A stretch of 64,000 nt of DNA from Parasitella parasitica NRRL 2501 (GCA_025201805.1 MU619238.1:1-64000), one strand, 5' to 3'; numbered from the stretch's first letter, positions 1 to 13,514 are shown. Numbers and translations: made by a program. The notes: generated by a model from the sequence alone, not told the origin.

Positions 1-131
1 ATTGAAGATATAAATACCCTGTATTTATATCATAATAAACGATATACTTCCTTTATTGTTCGGATACAGTTGAAAGCTGTGAATTATTACAAGTCTCTTT
101 TTATTGTATTGAAATATCTGAAATATACATC

Positions 132-464
132 ATCTGCCAAAGAGTTACACTTTTATTTGAAATACATCCTCTGGATGTATTTATATAAACTGATATTACG
201 TGCTAACGTCATCATACACAACTGCAACCAAGATTTATATATGGAGCATGCGGTGTAAATCCCTGATTTACCACGCACATTGGCTTTTAGCCCCTGATCT
301 TGCTACAAGGTCTATGGGATGTTATTGATATAACACGCATGCTCTATATATAAATCTTGGTGATATGGGTACAGCTGTGTATGATGACGTTAGCGCATAA
401 TGTTAGTTTATATAAATACATCCAGAGAATATATTTCTAATAAAAGTGTAACGCTTTGGCAGAT
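132..464. repeat. Long imperfect inverted repeat (fold-back): arms about 132-257 and 331-464, spacer about 73 nt
   Basis: ATCTGCCAAAGAGTTACACTTTTATTTGAAATACATCC...GAGCATGCGGTGTA is the near reverse complement of TAACACGCATGCTC...ATAAAAGTGTAACGCTTTGGCAGAT. Confidence 0.9.
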
Positions 465-1461
465 TCATCTTACTGACTTATTTTGACATATATGACATAC
501 TACTTGCAAAAAAAAAAAACTAGGTAACATAACAAAAACAAACAAATCTCCAACTTTAGTTAGATACATACATTCAAGCTCTGCAAAATATATCAATCAC
601 AACTGAACATCGCTTCATTTAATTGTTTTATTCAATTTTTTCACTTTTTGAAACTTTTTTTTGATATTATGTCTACAAACACCACAAAGTTACACTCTAT
701 ATCCTAAGTTTGATAAATTTTTGGTGATTTTTTCCTAACCATGGCTGAAAAATCTCCTCAAGGTTTAGGCAATACTTGGGCCACTTTGGAATTTCGCAAT
801 GTTCCAACAAAGACATTACAATCTAGTCGCCAAGGTAAAACTGTCAAGGACTCTATTGCTTTCGTAGGTGTTGAGATCTGCAAGATCGAAATAAGAAAAG
901 TATAAAATAAAACGTTGAAATAATGAATTCGAAAACTTGAAATTACTTTATTAAAGATTCAACTCTGCATCTGCTATGTATAATTTTTACAATTACATAA
1001 ATTTTCGGTGTCTTATTTAAAATAATAGTCAATACTAATCGATAAGAGTAATTTGCAAGCAACATCATATCCTTAACAGGGTACGATTTATTATTATACT
1101 ACAAGGCTATTGATCTTTGATCTGAAAGTACCTTTTTGTTTGTCAATCATACAAACCTGTTACAGATAACCTTTGATTTGAAACAAAGACTTTATCTTCC
1201 TGTTTCGACGAGTATGAAAACACATCATTGGACAATCTTCAATCTTTAATTAAAGTTGTGCAATACATTCACTATGATGATCTGCATTCCACTTCTAGAT
1301 TCATCCAGTTACCTTAAATTGATATAGAATTTATATGTGCACAGATATTAAGATGTACAGTGCAGATTTATACTATATAAGATATAGGCTATAGATGGCA
1401 CCATTAAGATGGATGACGCTATAGACTTAAACGTATATCACGACACGAGCCTTAGACATTT

Positions 1462-1940
1462 ATGTTGTGCCAGGTCTTGAAATTGAGCACAGCAGGTGAT
1501 TGTATATGATATAAAGAATATAAGAAAGTAATAAAGACTTAATTTACCAGATACAAAACTGTTGATTTATTGATTGACAAGAAGCTGTCTATTTATATTA
1601 GAATAAGCCTATCTGAATCAATAATCTATACAATCAGGTCATGTTTGAAATTTAATTGTCAAACAAGATTATAACACAGTAGTATTCAGAGCAAGACCTA
1701 TTTTTATATTTAATCAGCTAATCGTTATAAATGTGGATCATTCATCGATAAGTTGAGCTTCGCAATTTAGAATAAGTAGAACCCAAATAGATGGTTTCTT
1801 ATACAAGACATTCTATAGATTACTTCTATTTACTAGATAGAAATTCGATGCCATTTAACCTTAGATCTGATCAGGGACGGTTGCCATGACAACTGAGTTG
1901 AAATAGTGGTAACCATGGTATTCTATGGATACAGCAATTT
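1462..1940 (+). repeat. Dispersed repeat family A, copy a
   Basis: Aligns by eye over about 480 nt, at high identity, to the reverse complement of 48177-48663 (e.g. GTTGAAATAGTGGTAACCATGGTATTCTATGGATAC). Confidence 0.9.
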
Positions 1941-2589
1941 ACTAGATTTAGTATGTGCTACGAGCTTATGCCATATAAGATCTATGCTTCAGATGCGTAT
2001 TCCCAGTTCTAGATACCCACTACAAAACATATACTTATATCCATGATACTAGCTACAGATACATTATGTACTACAGACTTGTACAATATATGCAATGTTA
2101 TAGATATGCTTATGACATGCTATAGACATGCTACATATACCGATATATGCTAAGATGAAAACCAAGTGACATACACTCAGACATATACTATTAATATAGA
2201 CAGGATATAAGACTATACAAGAAATGATATACGCTTATGGGTCGATATTAATAATCTTCGTATAGAAGATTGATCAGGGTACCTCGGGTAAAGTCTACAG
2301 TATCTCCTCACTCAAATAGATTTAAGTTATCTTTAGTCTGCTGATATGTCGGTTAGCACAAAGTAAGATGCTAGTTACGCAGTATTGTCGTACATTTTAA
2401 ATTGCGAGAGTAGAGCATTTATCCATAGCTTAAGTATATAAAGGTTAATCTACCTGGCCAGTAGATGAACTAGAGCTTTATAAACCTGTCGATTTGATAA
2501 TAAAACCTATTCTTTATCAAGTTGACATTTATTGTTTTTTATTATAATTTTTTCCCGTGAATTTATAGTATATACATCTTACACAGATT

Positions 2590-3891
2590 CCACAGCCATT
2601 GCTGTTGCATACAGTACTACTGCTGCATTGTTGCTGAAAGGCGGGCGCACTGCCCATTCTATATTCAAAATACCATTAGATGTAACAACCAGCACAATGT
2701 CTGACATGACTCCGCGATCAGAAATTGCTTCTTTTATCAAGAGAGCAAAGATCATTGTCTGGGATGATTGTTCAATGGTGAGCAAAGACTTAATCAAAAC
2801 TGTCAGTCAATCCTTTCAGGATATCAAAGGATATCATGAATAACACTGCTTCTTTAGGCGGGTGTCTCATTGTCTTTGGTGGTGACTTTTCGTCAGGTCT
2901 TGCCCATTATCAGTGGTGCCAGCAGATCAGTGGTTATAAGCTAATGCCTGAACAAAGTCAGCTTGTGGCCACAAGTCCAATCGATGAGGCTGCACACCAA
3001 CATCCGTGTGCAGCAAGCCCTTGAATCAAACGACAGTTATCATGCTGCCGAATTGCAACAGTTGCTGGATACCTTTTTCAGGTTGGTCAATGAACTATTT
3101 CTACTCTTAGACTACCTGAAAATAGATCAAAAAACCTCATTTTAATCCCTCAAAATCTGCTTCTTCTAGGTGATAAGCTGTTGAACTTAATTAGAAGCAT
3201 CTACTTTGACATTGCAACTAGCGCATTAGATCTTGAGTAGTTTGTTGAAAGGGCTACCTTAATTGCAAAAAACAAAGATGCCAACGTTATCAACAATCTG
3301 CTCTCAAGTTGTCTTCCAGGTCATACAGTATCCTATGTCAGCCATGACCCCACTTCAGATAAAGAACGTCCGATATAGATGCCAGTGGAGATTTTGAATA
3401 CCATAGAGAATGGATCGCTGCCATCTCATCAACTCGATCTGAAAATTGGCTCACCAATAATGGTTATCCGAAACATTGACTCTGTCGCTGGCATTTGCAA
3501 TAACACAAGATTGTTTATAAAATTGCTGAGGACAAATATTATTGAAGATACCGTTACTACTGACCCAAACAAAGGTGATGTAGCTCTGATTCCGAGAACC
3601 AAGTTCATCAGCTCGGCCACCGAAGGGTTATACCCAGTCGACTTTCAAAGGGTTCAATTTCCCATAAGGTTAGCATTTGGCATGACCATTAACAAGGAAG
3701 AAGGCCAAAAACTCAGCTTCATAGGTTTGTATTTACCATGCCATGTTTTTGCTCATAGTCAATTATGTGTAGCTTTGTCCTGCGTTCGAAATCCTGGATC
3801 ACTTAAGTTAATGATTCCTTTCAAAATCTCAGGAATAGAAAATCAGCTTGGCAAATTCACCGAGAAGTTTTCCAACAACCCTATTAAATAA
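2590..3891 (+). mobile_element. Degenerate Helitron Pif1-family helicase C-terminal fragment
   Basis: Pif1/Helitron motifs spread over several frames: AALLLKGGRTAHSIFKIPL, IIVWDDCSM, FGGDF/RQVLP, LKIGSPIMVIRNI, RVQFPIRLAFGMTINK, HSQLCVALS. Frameshifts and stops, no Walker A, no Rep domain. Confidence 0.85.
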
Positions 3892-3984
3892 AATATCTGT
3901 AACATTTGCTTGTCATGTAGAATGAGATTATGTTTATCTTGTTTACTTGGCTTTGTATTAAATGGGATAGCCCGCTGATGGCAC

Positions 3985-4034
3985 CCTCCATTGGAACGAA
4001 GGCCGAAAAAAAAAAAATCCGGCCTTCGCTTTGC
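3985..4034 (+). repeat. Short motif B: 9-bp GC-rich hairpin with A-tract loop; putative transposon terminus
   Basis: CGAAGGCCG (3997-4005) pairs with CGGCCTTCG (4020-4028). A diverged copy lies inverted at 47732-47776. Confidence 0.7.
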
Positions 4035-4965
4035 TACGATAATTTTTTCACCGTAGTTCGTGGGAGTGGATACAGCTCGTAATATTGCAAACGAATGGAT
4101 TTTCACTGATTTACTTGCTCCTTAAAAATGTAGAGATCCACAATAAAGATTCATTAACGTTTTTCTTTCAAGAATTAAAACACACATATATTGTTAACAT
4201 TACGGAAAAAAGCAAAATATTGATGCCAAGCATTTGGCCGCGTGAAGTAAGCATTTTTTCGCAAAACTATATGGCATAAGGGTATATGATGCAAAATATT
4301 CGCCAATAATTGATTATTGTACATTTGATAAGCTGTCATTAACTGGGTTACCGTAATGCTCTTGTTTGATGACATTTAAGAAGGGCATTTTGTACATTTC
4401 TAAACTGTTCATGTTCATATCATATTATCATTTTTCTAACTGTCAGCACGAATCGCTGCTTTATCTTCAATTCCCACGTTGCAGTTCATTCACTATTTAA
4501 CAATGTGCAAATAACTTCTCAGGAGCTGTCTGTTAGACAATGTACTGACCTCTGCAACAAGCCCAGTGGTCCAGACAATTATGTGCTATTGTTCCAGCTA
4601 TTCTTATAGATTAAAATATGCAATTATGGTTCTAAAATGCAAGCCCCATTTGACAGCTTGGCTTTGTGTGATTAATAAATACAATACCTCAAAAAGCAGG
4701 TTGAATTAAACATTGTTTGTTGATAGCTCACTACATAAGACTCGAAAGGGGGGGTGCTTCCTGATTTGGATCGAGCCAATAGTTGCAGAAGCTTTGAACA
4801 CTGTCATAAAAATTTGTTAACAAAATAAGCAAAAAACAAAAAAAAAGTATTCCTAATTTTGCGTTTAATTCCTTTGTTCACTCATTTCTCTTAACGTCGA
4901 ACCCGTTATATCAATCACCACGAATCCAACAAGATAAAAGAAGCAAACTATCTTAGGCGCCCGAA

Positions 4966-7800
4966 ATGATGTAAGATCAAACAGTATACAATGATAACAT
5001 AGCACAAGGGGGGTTTTTTTTGACACATACGTATACATCCTCTTTCGTTTATAGTTTCAATATTGACGACCTTGTTGTACATTTTCCTTACGACAAAATA
5101 TACCCTGAACAATATCAATACATGTGCGATTTGAAGAAATCTCTGGATGCTCAGGTTTGTTGAAAGCATACCAACACGGTTTCGAATGCACACGTTAAAA
5201 ATCAATTCTACCATCAGGGCCATTGTGTCTTAGAGATGCCTTCCGGCACCGGAAAAACAGTTTCTTTGCTGTCTTTAATTGTTGCTTATCAAATGGTAAG
5301 CTTTGAAATCGTCGCTGTGTATACAGCACCAACATCGTTTCATTTGCGTAGCAATATCCTGACCAACACAGAAAATTCATTTACTGCTCACGAACAGTTC
5401 CTGAAATCGACAAAGCATTAGCAGAATTGAAGAACTTGATGGCATATAGACAGTCCAAAGGTTTAGTAGAGGATTTCTTCGGCATTGGGCTTACATCTCG
5501 TAAAAATTTGTGCTTGAATCCCAAAGTATCAAAAGAAAGGAAGGGCAAAGTGGTAGATTCCAAGTGCAGAAATCTTACCGCAAGTTGGATTCGTGCAAAA
5601 GCTGGTGTATATAAAGCGGGAAACCAACAAAAAGAGCAAGAAGACGATGACTCAATGGATGTAGATCATCAACGCCATGATGTTGAATTATGCAATTTTT
5701 ATGAAGTGAGTTGGATTGGGGAGGGAGAGGGTTAGGGACCAAAAAAAAATGTCACTGACGATTGAATCTAGACACTTGAGGCTGCGAATTCACCAAAACC
5801 CATTCCAAATGGTGTTTACACTTTTGAAGATCTCAAATCCTATGGCAAAGAAATGCAGTATTGCCCGTATTACCTAGTACGACGAGCTGTAAGTCATTGT
5901 TGATGAATTGTCGTTTTGCATAAATTAAAGAAAATCGTTAGATTCCTTTTGCAAACGTTGTGATTTATTCATATCACTACATGTTGGATCCTAAAGTAGC
6001 AGAGCTTGTGTCAAGAGAACTGTCCAGAGACTGCATTGTAGTCTTTGATGAGGCACATAACATTGATAACGTCTGCATTGAGTCGCTAAGTATTGACTTG
6101 ACCAGACCCATGCTGGATGCCAGCGCTAGGAGTGTTGGTATTTTAGCAGACAAGATTGAAGAGTAAAGTATATGGGATCGAATGGTGACAGATAGGTTAA
6201 CGTAATATCTAGAATCAAAAAGACTGATGCCCAGCGGTTAAAGAACGAATACACAAAACTAGTAGAAGGTTTACGAGATGCAAATACAGCAAGAGACGAG
6301 GATACTTTTATGGCAAATCCTATTTTACCAGACGATTTATTAAAGGAGGCTGTTCCTGGTAATATCAGAAGGGCAGAGCATTTTGTGGCTTTCTTGAGAA
6401 GATTTATCGAGTACTTGAAGGTATGTCAGCCTAGCTAACTTATTTATCTATTAATAAACTGGAAATCTACAGACTCGTCTTCGAGTAATGCACGTTGTAG
6501 CCGAAACGCCTGCCTCTTTTCTGCAGCATTTGAAAGATGTAACTTATATTGAGAGGAAACCACTTAGATTTTGCGCAGAGCGATTGTCGAGTTTAGTGCG
6601 TACATTGGAATTAACGAATTTGGAGCATTTCAGTAGTTTACAAATGGTTGCTTCGTTTGCCACACTGACATCCACGTACGACAAAGGCTTTTTGCTCATT
6701 CTCGAGCCTTTTGAAACCGAAACTGCCACGGTACCTAATCCAGTCTTACATTTTACGTACGTTTTCAACTAGTTTTTTTGGGCGTTCATTAATAATATGT
6801 GTTCTAGCTGTTTGGATGCGTCAATAGCCATAAAACCAGTATTTGATAGATTCAGTACAGTGGTCATTACATCCGGTACTTTGTCACCACTCGAAATGTA
6901 TCCCAAAATGCTGAATTTCCAGGCTGTTGTACAAGAAAGCTACTCTATGACATTATCTCGAAACTGCTTTTTGCCCATGGTCATTACTCGTGGTTCTGAT
7001 CAAGTTGCCATCAGTTCCAAGTTTGAAGTGCGTAATGACCCGGCCGTTGTTCGCAACTTTGGTCAAATCATGGTTGAAATGTCAAAGATTGTGCCTGATG
7101 GTATGGTATGCTTTTTCCCTAGTTACCTTTACATGGAGTCTATTGTATCCATGTGGAATGATATGGGCATTTTGAACGAAGCTTGGAAGTACAAATTGAT
7201 CTTTGTTGAAACACCAGATGCAGCAGAGACTAGTTTGGCTTTGGCTAACTATCGCAAGGCGTGTGATAATGGAAGAGGAGCTATATTGCTTTCAGTTGCT
7301 CGAGGTAAAGTCTCTGAAGGCATTGATTTTGATCACAATTATGGAAGAGCGGTGATTATGTTTGGTATTCCGTATCAGTATACAGAATCTCGCATTCTTA
7401 AGGCTCGGTTGGAGTATTTGCGCGACAATTTACATATTCGTGAAAATGATTTCTTAACATTTGATGCGATGCGACATGCTGCTCAATGCGTGGGAAGAGT
7501 GTTGAGGGGTAAAACTGATTATGGCCTGATGGTATTTGCAGACAAGGTAATGTTGGCAATACGATTCGTGCCCTTGTTTTTCTAATACAAGAATAGAGAT
7601 TCGCAAGAGCTGATAAAAGAGCTAAGTTGCCCAAATGGATCAATCAATATGTTACGGATGCTTCTACAAATTTGTCTACTGACATGTCCTTGGTGATTGC
7701 CAAAAAGTTTTTGAGATCAATGGCACAGCCATACGAATCAAATCAAACAGGTGTGTCATTATGGACCGTCAAAGATATTGAAAAGCACACTTTAAAGTAA
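4966..7800 (+). CDS. RAD3: TFIIH/NER 5'-3' DNA helicase XPD (multi-exon)
   Basis: Spliced start [22 protein letters not shown]; Walker [10 protein letters not shown]; VFDEAHNID; [13 protein letters not shown]; [14 protein letters not shown]; stop TAA at 7798-7800. Confidence 0.97.
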
Positions 7801-8362
7801 ATACAATCTTTGTGTTTGGGATGTCTTGGCGAGACTTCAATCCTGTAGGATTAAGCAATAAATATATTTTCATTAAAACTACTATCGAGCTCTCTTTTTT
7901 TAATATTGCTTTTTGTCTTTATATCGATGGTTAAATATTATTGTCAATTGATTGCGGTATCAATGTCTACCACATAGCACATTTTAACGACAAGAGAACA
8001 AAGACTACTTCCCACTCCCAACTAACACTGTGCAGCATAGCAAGCCAATCAATGGTCTTGTACATTTCGCAATTTTACTTGAGCTGCTATAAAAACGATG
8101 AATCCAAGCTCTGCAAATGTCACTCACTATTCTCAGTCTTTGTGGTAAAATGAACCCCTTTTGATGTACTCTTTTGAAAAATTCGAGCAATTTTACACGA
8201 TACATGTCCATATAGCCATGAATTTCTATAAATCAATCCGTCAGCGATAATTCGGAGTACTAATCATCTCTTTCCAAGATGATGTTTACACCTGCAAGAT
8301 TTCTATTCCACAAACAGAAAGCCTTCTCTTCCTCTTTATCCAAATATAAAACTTACTCAGCC

Positions 8363-9542
8363 ATGTCTGGTAAAGCCAATATCTTATATAACTTGCATTT
8401 ATCTGATTTAAAGCGGTATAGATTATGCTAAAGAAAGAAAAGTGGCTATCCAAGCTGTCTTAACAGCCAGTAAAGTGTGCCAATCTGTCTTCCAACACCT
8501 GGTTGCCAACGAGACTTTGACCAAGGACGACAAATCTCCTGTAACAGGTAATTACAATTTTTGGAAATTCGTACAAAGCGCGCTTATTCATCAAACGACT
8601 ATTTTTAGTTGCTGATTTCTCGGCCCAGGCTATTGTAAATACTTATCTCAACAAGGAGTTTGAGGATCCTATTGTAGGAGAGGAAGACTCCAAGGATTTG
8701 CAAGGTGATGCTGGCAAAGCGTTGAGAGAAAAGGTCTTTTCTTTAACCAATGGGGTTTTGGATGATAAAGAGAAGCTCTCTGAACAGCAAGTAAGATTTT
8801 GTATGCATGCTATGGTCGGTACACTCATCACTAAAACGATGAAAATCTGTAGATTTTAGATGCTATTGATCGTGGTAACTATATTGGAGGCCATAAAGGA
8901 CGCCATTGGGCTTTAGACCCTATTGATGGTACCAAGGGATTTTTGCGTGGAGGTCAATACGCTGTTTGTTTAGCGCTCATTGAAGACGGTATAGTCCAAG
9001 TGGGCGTTGTTGGTTGTCCCAACTTGCCTGTCAATCACAAGGAACCCGAAGGCGAGCGTGGATCTCTTTTCATTGCTGTTCGTGGACAAGGGGCTTTCCA
9101 GCGCACTTTTACTGATGAAACTGAAAAACCCATCCACTTCTCTAATATCAAAAACACCGAAGAAGCTACTGTCTGTGAATCTGTAGAATCAGCTCACTCA
9201 TCTCATAGCGATGCATCTGAGATTACTAAAATATTAGGCATTACTAGTGACCCTGTGCGCATGGATAGCCAAGCTAAATACTGCTCTATCGCCAGAGGAG
9301 ATGCTGATATTTACTTACGTCTCCCTACTAGCAAAGCATACGTTGAAAAGATTTGGGACCACGCCTCAGGCAATGTCCTTGTTACAGAGGCAGGTGGTAC
9401 TGTAACTGATATTCATGGCAACCCTCTTGACTTCTCCATTGGCCGTACTTTGGAGAAGAACAAGGGCGTTGTTGCCTCCAAGACTAATATCCATGCCCGA
9501 GTTTTAGAAGCTGTCCAAAAGGTTTTGGATGTTAAACCTTAA
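8363..9542 (+). CDS. MET22: 3'(2'),5'-bisphosphate nucleotidase (HAL2/MET22 family, 4 exons)
   Basis: KDDKSPVT/VADFSAQA, GEED, WALDPIDGTKGFLRGGQYAV, DSQAKY, EKIWDHA motifs. Confidence 0.95.
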
Positions 9543-9815
9543 AGCATTCCCTTTGGATTACATGAGTATTCATACATCCCATACGCCTATATATACAAAA
9601 TAAAAATAAACTTTTATTTCTTCCGTATGGTTCAGCTTGTGTAGCACATTCAATGAAGTCTGAGAGAAAGCTTTCTCGGGAAATTGTGCCTAAAGGAGAA
9701 TTTCAAAGGAAAATTAGCCTTCAGATGCCACATACAGTCGCAGAGTATAAAAGTTCCCCGCATTTTTATTTTCTTTTCTCTTTCTTTCCAACTGTCAAAA
9801 AAATAAAACAAAACA

Positions 9816-11045
9816 ATGTCTATTGCCCCTGCAAGCGAATATACTATCCCTACCAAAGATACCGTCAATCAAGGTGTCTTACTCAAGGAAAAGAACGATC
9901 TTCAATTGGTTGAAATCCCTGTCCCTGAGCCCCCTGCTGGACATGTCCAAGTTCAGGTAAAATGTACTGGTATCTGTGGCTCTGATGTCCATTTGTGGAA
10001 GCATGGTGAAATTGGTATTTTCCCTGTTTGTGCCCCTCAATTGCTCGGCCACGAAAGTGCTGGTATTGTTACTGCCTTGGGTGAGGGTGTCACTACACTT
10101 CAAGTGGGTGATAGAGTTGCTGTCGAAGCGTAAGTATAAAATTAAGGAGCGCAATCACCATTGTACGTAGTCTCATCATGCATATTATTATTATTATAGT
10201 GGTATTCCTTGTTCGGCTTGCGATCAATGTATGATGGGCAGATACCATCTTTGTCCCGATGTCATTTTCAAATCCACTCCTCCTTATGACGGTCAACTTG
10301 CCAGATACATTACTCACCCTGCTCGTTGGTTGCACAAGATTCCTGCCAATATTTCGTATGGTGAGGGCGCTTTATTAGAACCTTTGTCAGTTGCTATTGC
10401 TGCTGTCGACCGTGTTAGAGCTCAATTCGGAAGATCCATGTTGATCGCTGGTAGTGGGCCCATTGGCTTGTTGATCCTGGCCGTCGCTAAGGCTACTGGT
10501 GTTCATCCCATTGCTATTACTGATGTGAATCAAAGTCGTTTGGATTACGCAAAGAAAATTGGTGCTACTATGACTTATAAAATTAATCCTGAAAACTCAG
10601 AATTGCAAACTGCCAAGGAATTGCGTGCTTTGTTCGGCGGTGAAGGTGCTGAATGTTCTTTAGAATGCACAGGCATTGAGAGTTCTTTTAGAACTGCTAT
10701 TATGGCCACTCGTGACGCAGGTACTTGTTTGCTTGTTGGTGTCGGAAAGAATGATCAAACTCTTCCTGTGAATAACTTTGCTATGCGTGAGGTTGACATA
10801 AGAGGCTTATTCAGGTATTATAAATACACTCCAATATGATTCATACAAAGTAGGCTCTAATTTACTTACGTTTCAATATTAGATACCATCACACATATCC
10901 CCGTGCTATTGCATTGTTATCTAGCGGTATTTTAGATATCAAGCATCTGATTACTCATACTTATGATTTCGCAGATGCTCTCGAGGCTTTCGAAAAGACT
11001 CATGATCGTAACTCTGGTGCTTTGAAGGTTCAGATCATCAACTAA
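9816..11045 (+). CDS. Zn-dependent polyol dehydrogenase (L-arabinitol 4-/sorbitol dehydrogenase-like, 3 exons)
   Basis: GICGSDVH, GHESAG, structural Zn cysteines (CSACDQC...LC), STPPYDG, EPLSVA, GSGPIG. The HPARWLHKI and MREVD segments resemble the LAD subgroup. Confidence 0.9.
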
Positions 11046-12485
11046 AACGATTTACAATAACTGTAACTGTACATTACTTCATCACTCTCATAAAATATGT
11101 CACGAATAAACAATACACATTATCATACATTTTATGGAAGCTAAATCAATCTTGAATATGGACTAACTCAATTTATTTTATTTGGCTATGGAAGCGTATG
11201 TCAGATTTTTGTAAGTATAGCCATAAAAGTACAAATTTTGACACTTTTCATGATTCATTTGAGCCCTTGTTAGCACTCGTAAACTCTGTCTAAAATTAGG
11301 TTAAGTCTCAAAGACGGCTTTCAAGCGCATAACACTATGAATAAATGATCTAAAGCCATCACAAAAAATCACAGTCTAACCGAAATATGTTTATCCAAAT
11401 AAGGGGCAACACTTTGTTAAATAATGCATCAATTGTCAACTCCAAAATATTGAATTTTGCCAAAACTCAAGCAGTAGATGTCTTGCTTTTTATTTTTTAG
11501 CCGAATTATCTATCCTTATCCTTCCTCTCCAGAACATAGTGAATCTGAATAGAGTATCATATCATGATAAAAGAGTTTACCTTTACTGGATGGGTCCTAC
11601 ATTCTACGGCTCTATACGGCATTTTCGTTATAATGGGGGAACAAAAACAGGGCTTGTATATCTTCGCCCTGCATGATTCTTTGGGGCTGCATTCAAATGC
11701 TGATGTTGTGTATTTATTCTATATTATCAATGAAGGCGTCCAAAATCATACACATTCTCTGTTTCTCTCAATTTTACAATTGTCGGCAATGATAACCGAT
11801 TAGCCCTACACCGCCCAAACATGAATAACAATACGAAGGCTTTGCATGCAGACTGTGAGATGTTATCATTTAATTTTACAACAGCAGAAGTTGTTGCTAA
11901 GCCAATTAGGGAAGACAATCACTTTTGGATGAATTAAACTTTAGCAGTAGTAGATCTGATTGTATTCAAGACATTAACGTTGATTGTCCCTTTATGATAG
12001 CAGACATCCAGAATATATGGTCTTATGATGAAACATTTAAAATTCACATAGTGTTTTTTATAATAAACACTTTCAATTTTTATTCATTTGAAGCTGTGCC
12101 TTCTCTCTTTTTTTTTTTTTTCGCCTTAGAGGTTCAAAAAAGAACAATGTATGCTTTTTTCAATTAAGGCAAGCCAAGCAATTTATAAATTGTATGTGGT
12201 ACATGATTAATTAATCAATTTTGAATTCTTTGGTCAGAAACCGAACCGTGTTTTCTTTTCTTCAACAAAAAAAAAGGCTTAATCATGTATAAGGCTGTAT
12301 TTTGATGTTTTACATAATTCATAAGCTAGGAGAGGCTGCTATTCCAAAAAAAGAGAAAGCAGAAATCGAAATAACCCAAAATTTTTAATTGGCTGAACTT
12401 TTCGGTTCTAATAAAAAAAAAGCTATTTAATAGAAACATCTGTTCGATTTTAATATTTACGTTCTTCTTTATTTCTTTTGAAAAT

Positions 12486-13514
12486 ATGACACAAAGCATT
12501 AATGATAGTGGCAATCATAAAGCCTATTACGTTGGTAGCGAAATAATAGACGATTTCTTAGAACTAGATTCACATCAACAGCAAATGCAATCAACACAGC
12601 ATTTGGATGATGATGACCAGGTCATTTATAGAACAAATTCGTTGTCAAAGAATATCCCTACTTGGCGACAACTGCTGCCTCGTTTAGTTTTATTTGTAGT
12701 TATTGGTCTACTGTCACTAGTGTTTTCAATTTCACTGGCACATGTGGTATTAGACATTGGATTGCCTCGAACATTGGAAGATGTTCAACAGACTGCAATT
12801 CAATTGGACCAACTCATCAATAGCAGTTGGAACGGATACGGTTCTGTTACTTTCGTTTTTGCAGTGCTGTATCTATGGCAACAGGCTTTCAGCATTCCAG
12901 GCTCGGTTTTGTTGAATTTGTTGGCTGGCTATCTTTACGGTATCACTATGGGAACGGTTTGGACAAGTTTATTAACAGCTGGTGGTGCTACTCTGGCCTA
13001 TGGTTTAGCCATTCTTGTCGGTGAACCATTGATCCGAGTTCCTTGGTTTGTCCGTAAAGCCGAACCTCTTAATCGTCAACTTGAGCAAGAACGACAAACA
13101 GGTGGATTGTTTTGGTGGTTATTGTTTGCTAGATTATTCCCATTTTCACCATACTGGTTCATTAATTTGGTTTCTCCTTTGCTCGACATCCCTGTGTCTC
13201 CATTCTTCTGGTCTACCTTCTTTGGTTCAATGCCATACAACTTTATTTGTGCTCAAGCTGGTGATGTTTTGGGTGACTTAACATCGACCTCTGATATCGT
13301 TTCCGTCTCCTTGGTTTTAAAATTGTTGATTGTGTCATTTATCTCTCTCGTGCCAGTCATTTGGGGTAAGGCCATCCAACAATGGACTCGACAAATTATG
13401 GGCCTTCCTCCTTTATTAGATGTGGATTTAGAAAAGTCTTTGAATGACGATGATGTTGAATTGACACTCAGTGGCTACTCAAGATTGCCAAATAGCACCA
13501 GTAATGCAGCTTAA
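12486..13514 (+). CDS. DedA/VTT (SNARE-associated Golgi; TVP38/TMEM41-like) membrane protein
   Basis: QAFSIPGSVLLNLLAGYLYG and ARLFPFSPYWFINL family motifs; several hydrophobic helices; single exon. Confidence 0.88.
   Translation: MTQSINDSGNHKAYYVGSEIIDDFLELDSHQQQMQSTQHLDDDDQVIYRTNSLSKNIPTWRQLLPRLVLFVVIGLLSLVFSISLAHVVLDIGLPRTLEDVQQTAIQLDQLINSSWNGYGSVTFVFAVLYLWQQAFSIPGSVLLNLLAGYLYGITMGTVWTSLLTAGGATLAYGLAILVGEPLIRVPWFVRKAEPLNRQLEQERQTGGLFWWLLFARLFPFSPYWFINLVSPLLDIPVSPFFWSTFFGSMPYNFICAQAGDVLGDLTSTSDIVSVSLVLKLLIVSFISLVPVIWGKAIQQWTRQIMGLPPLLDVDLEKSLNDDDVELTLSGYSRLPNSTSNAA

Noticed and set aside
741-905. 54-codon ORF MAEKSPQGLGNTWATLEFRN...
   Set aside because: Short, no recognisable family, and lies in degenerate repeat-rich DNA.
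11160-11310. Possible MITE with degenerate terminal inverted repeats
   Set aside because: The match is too weak in AT-rich sequence and there is no TSD.
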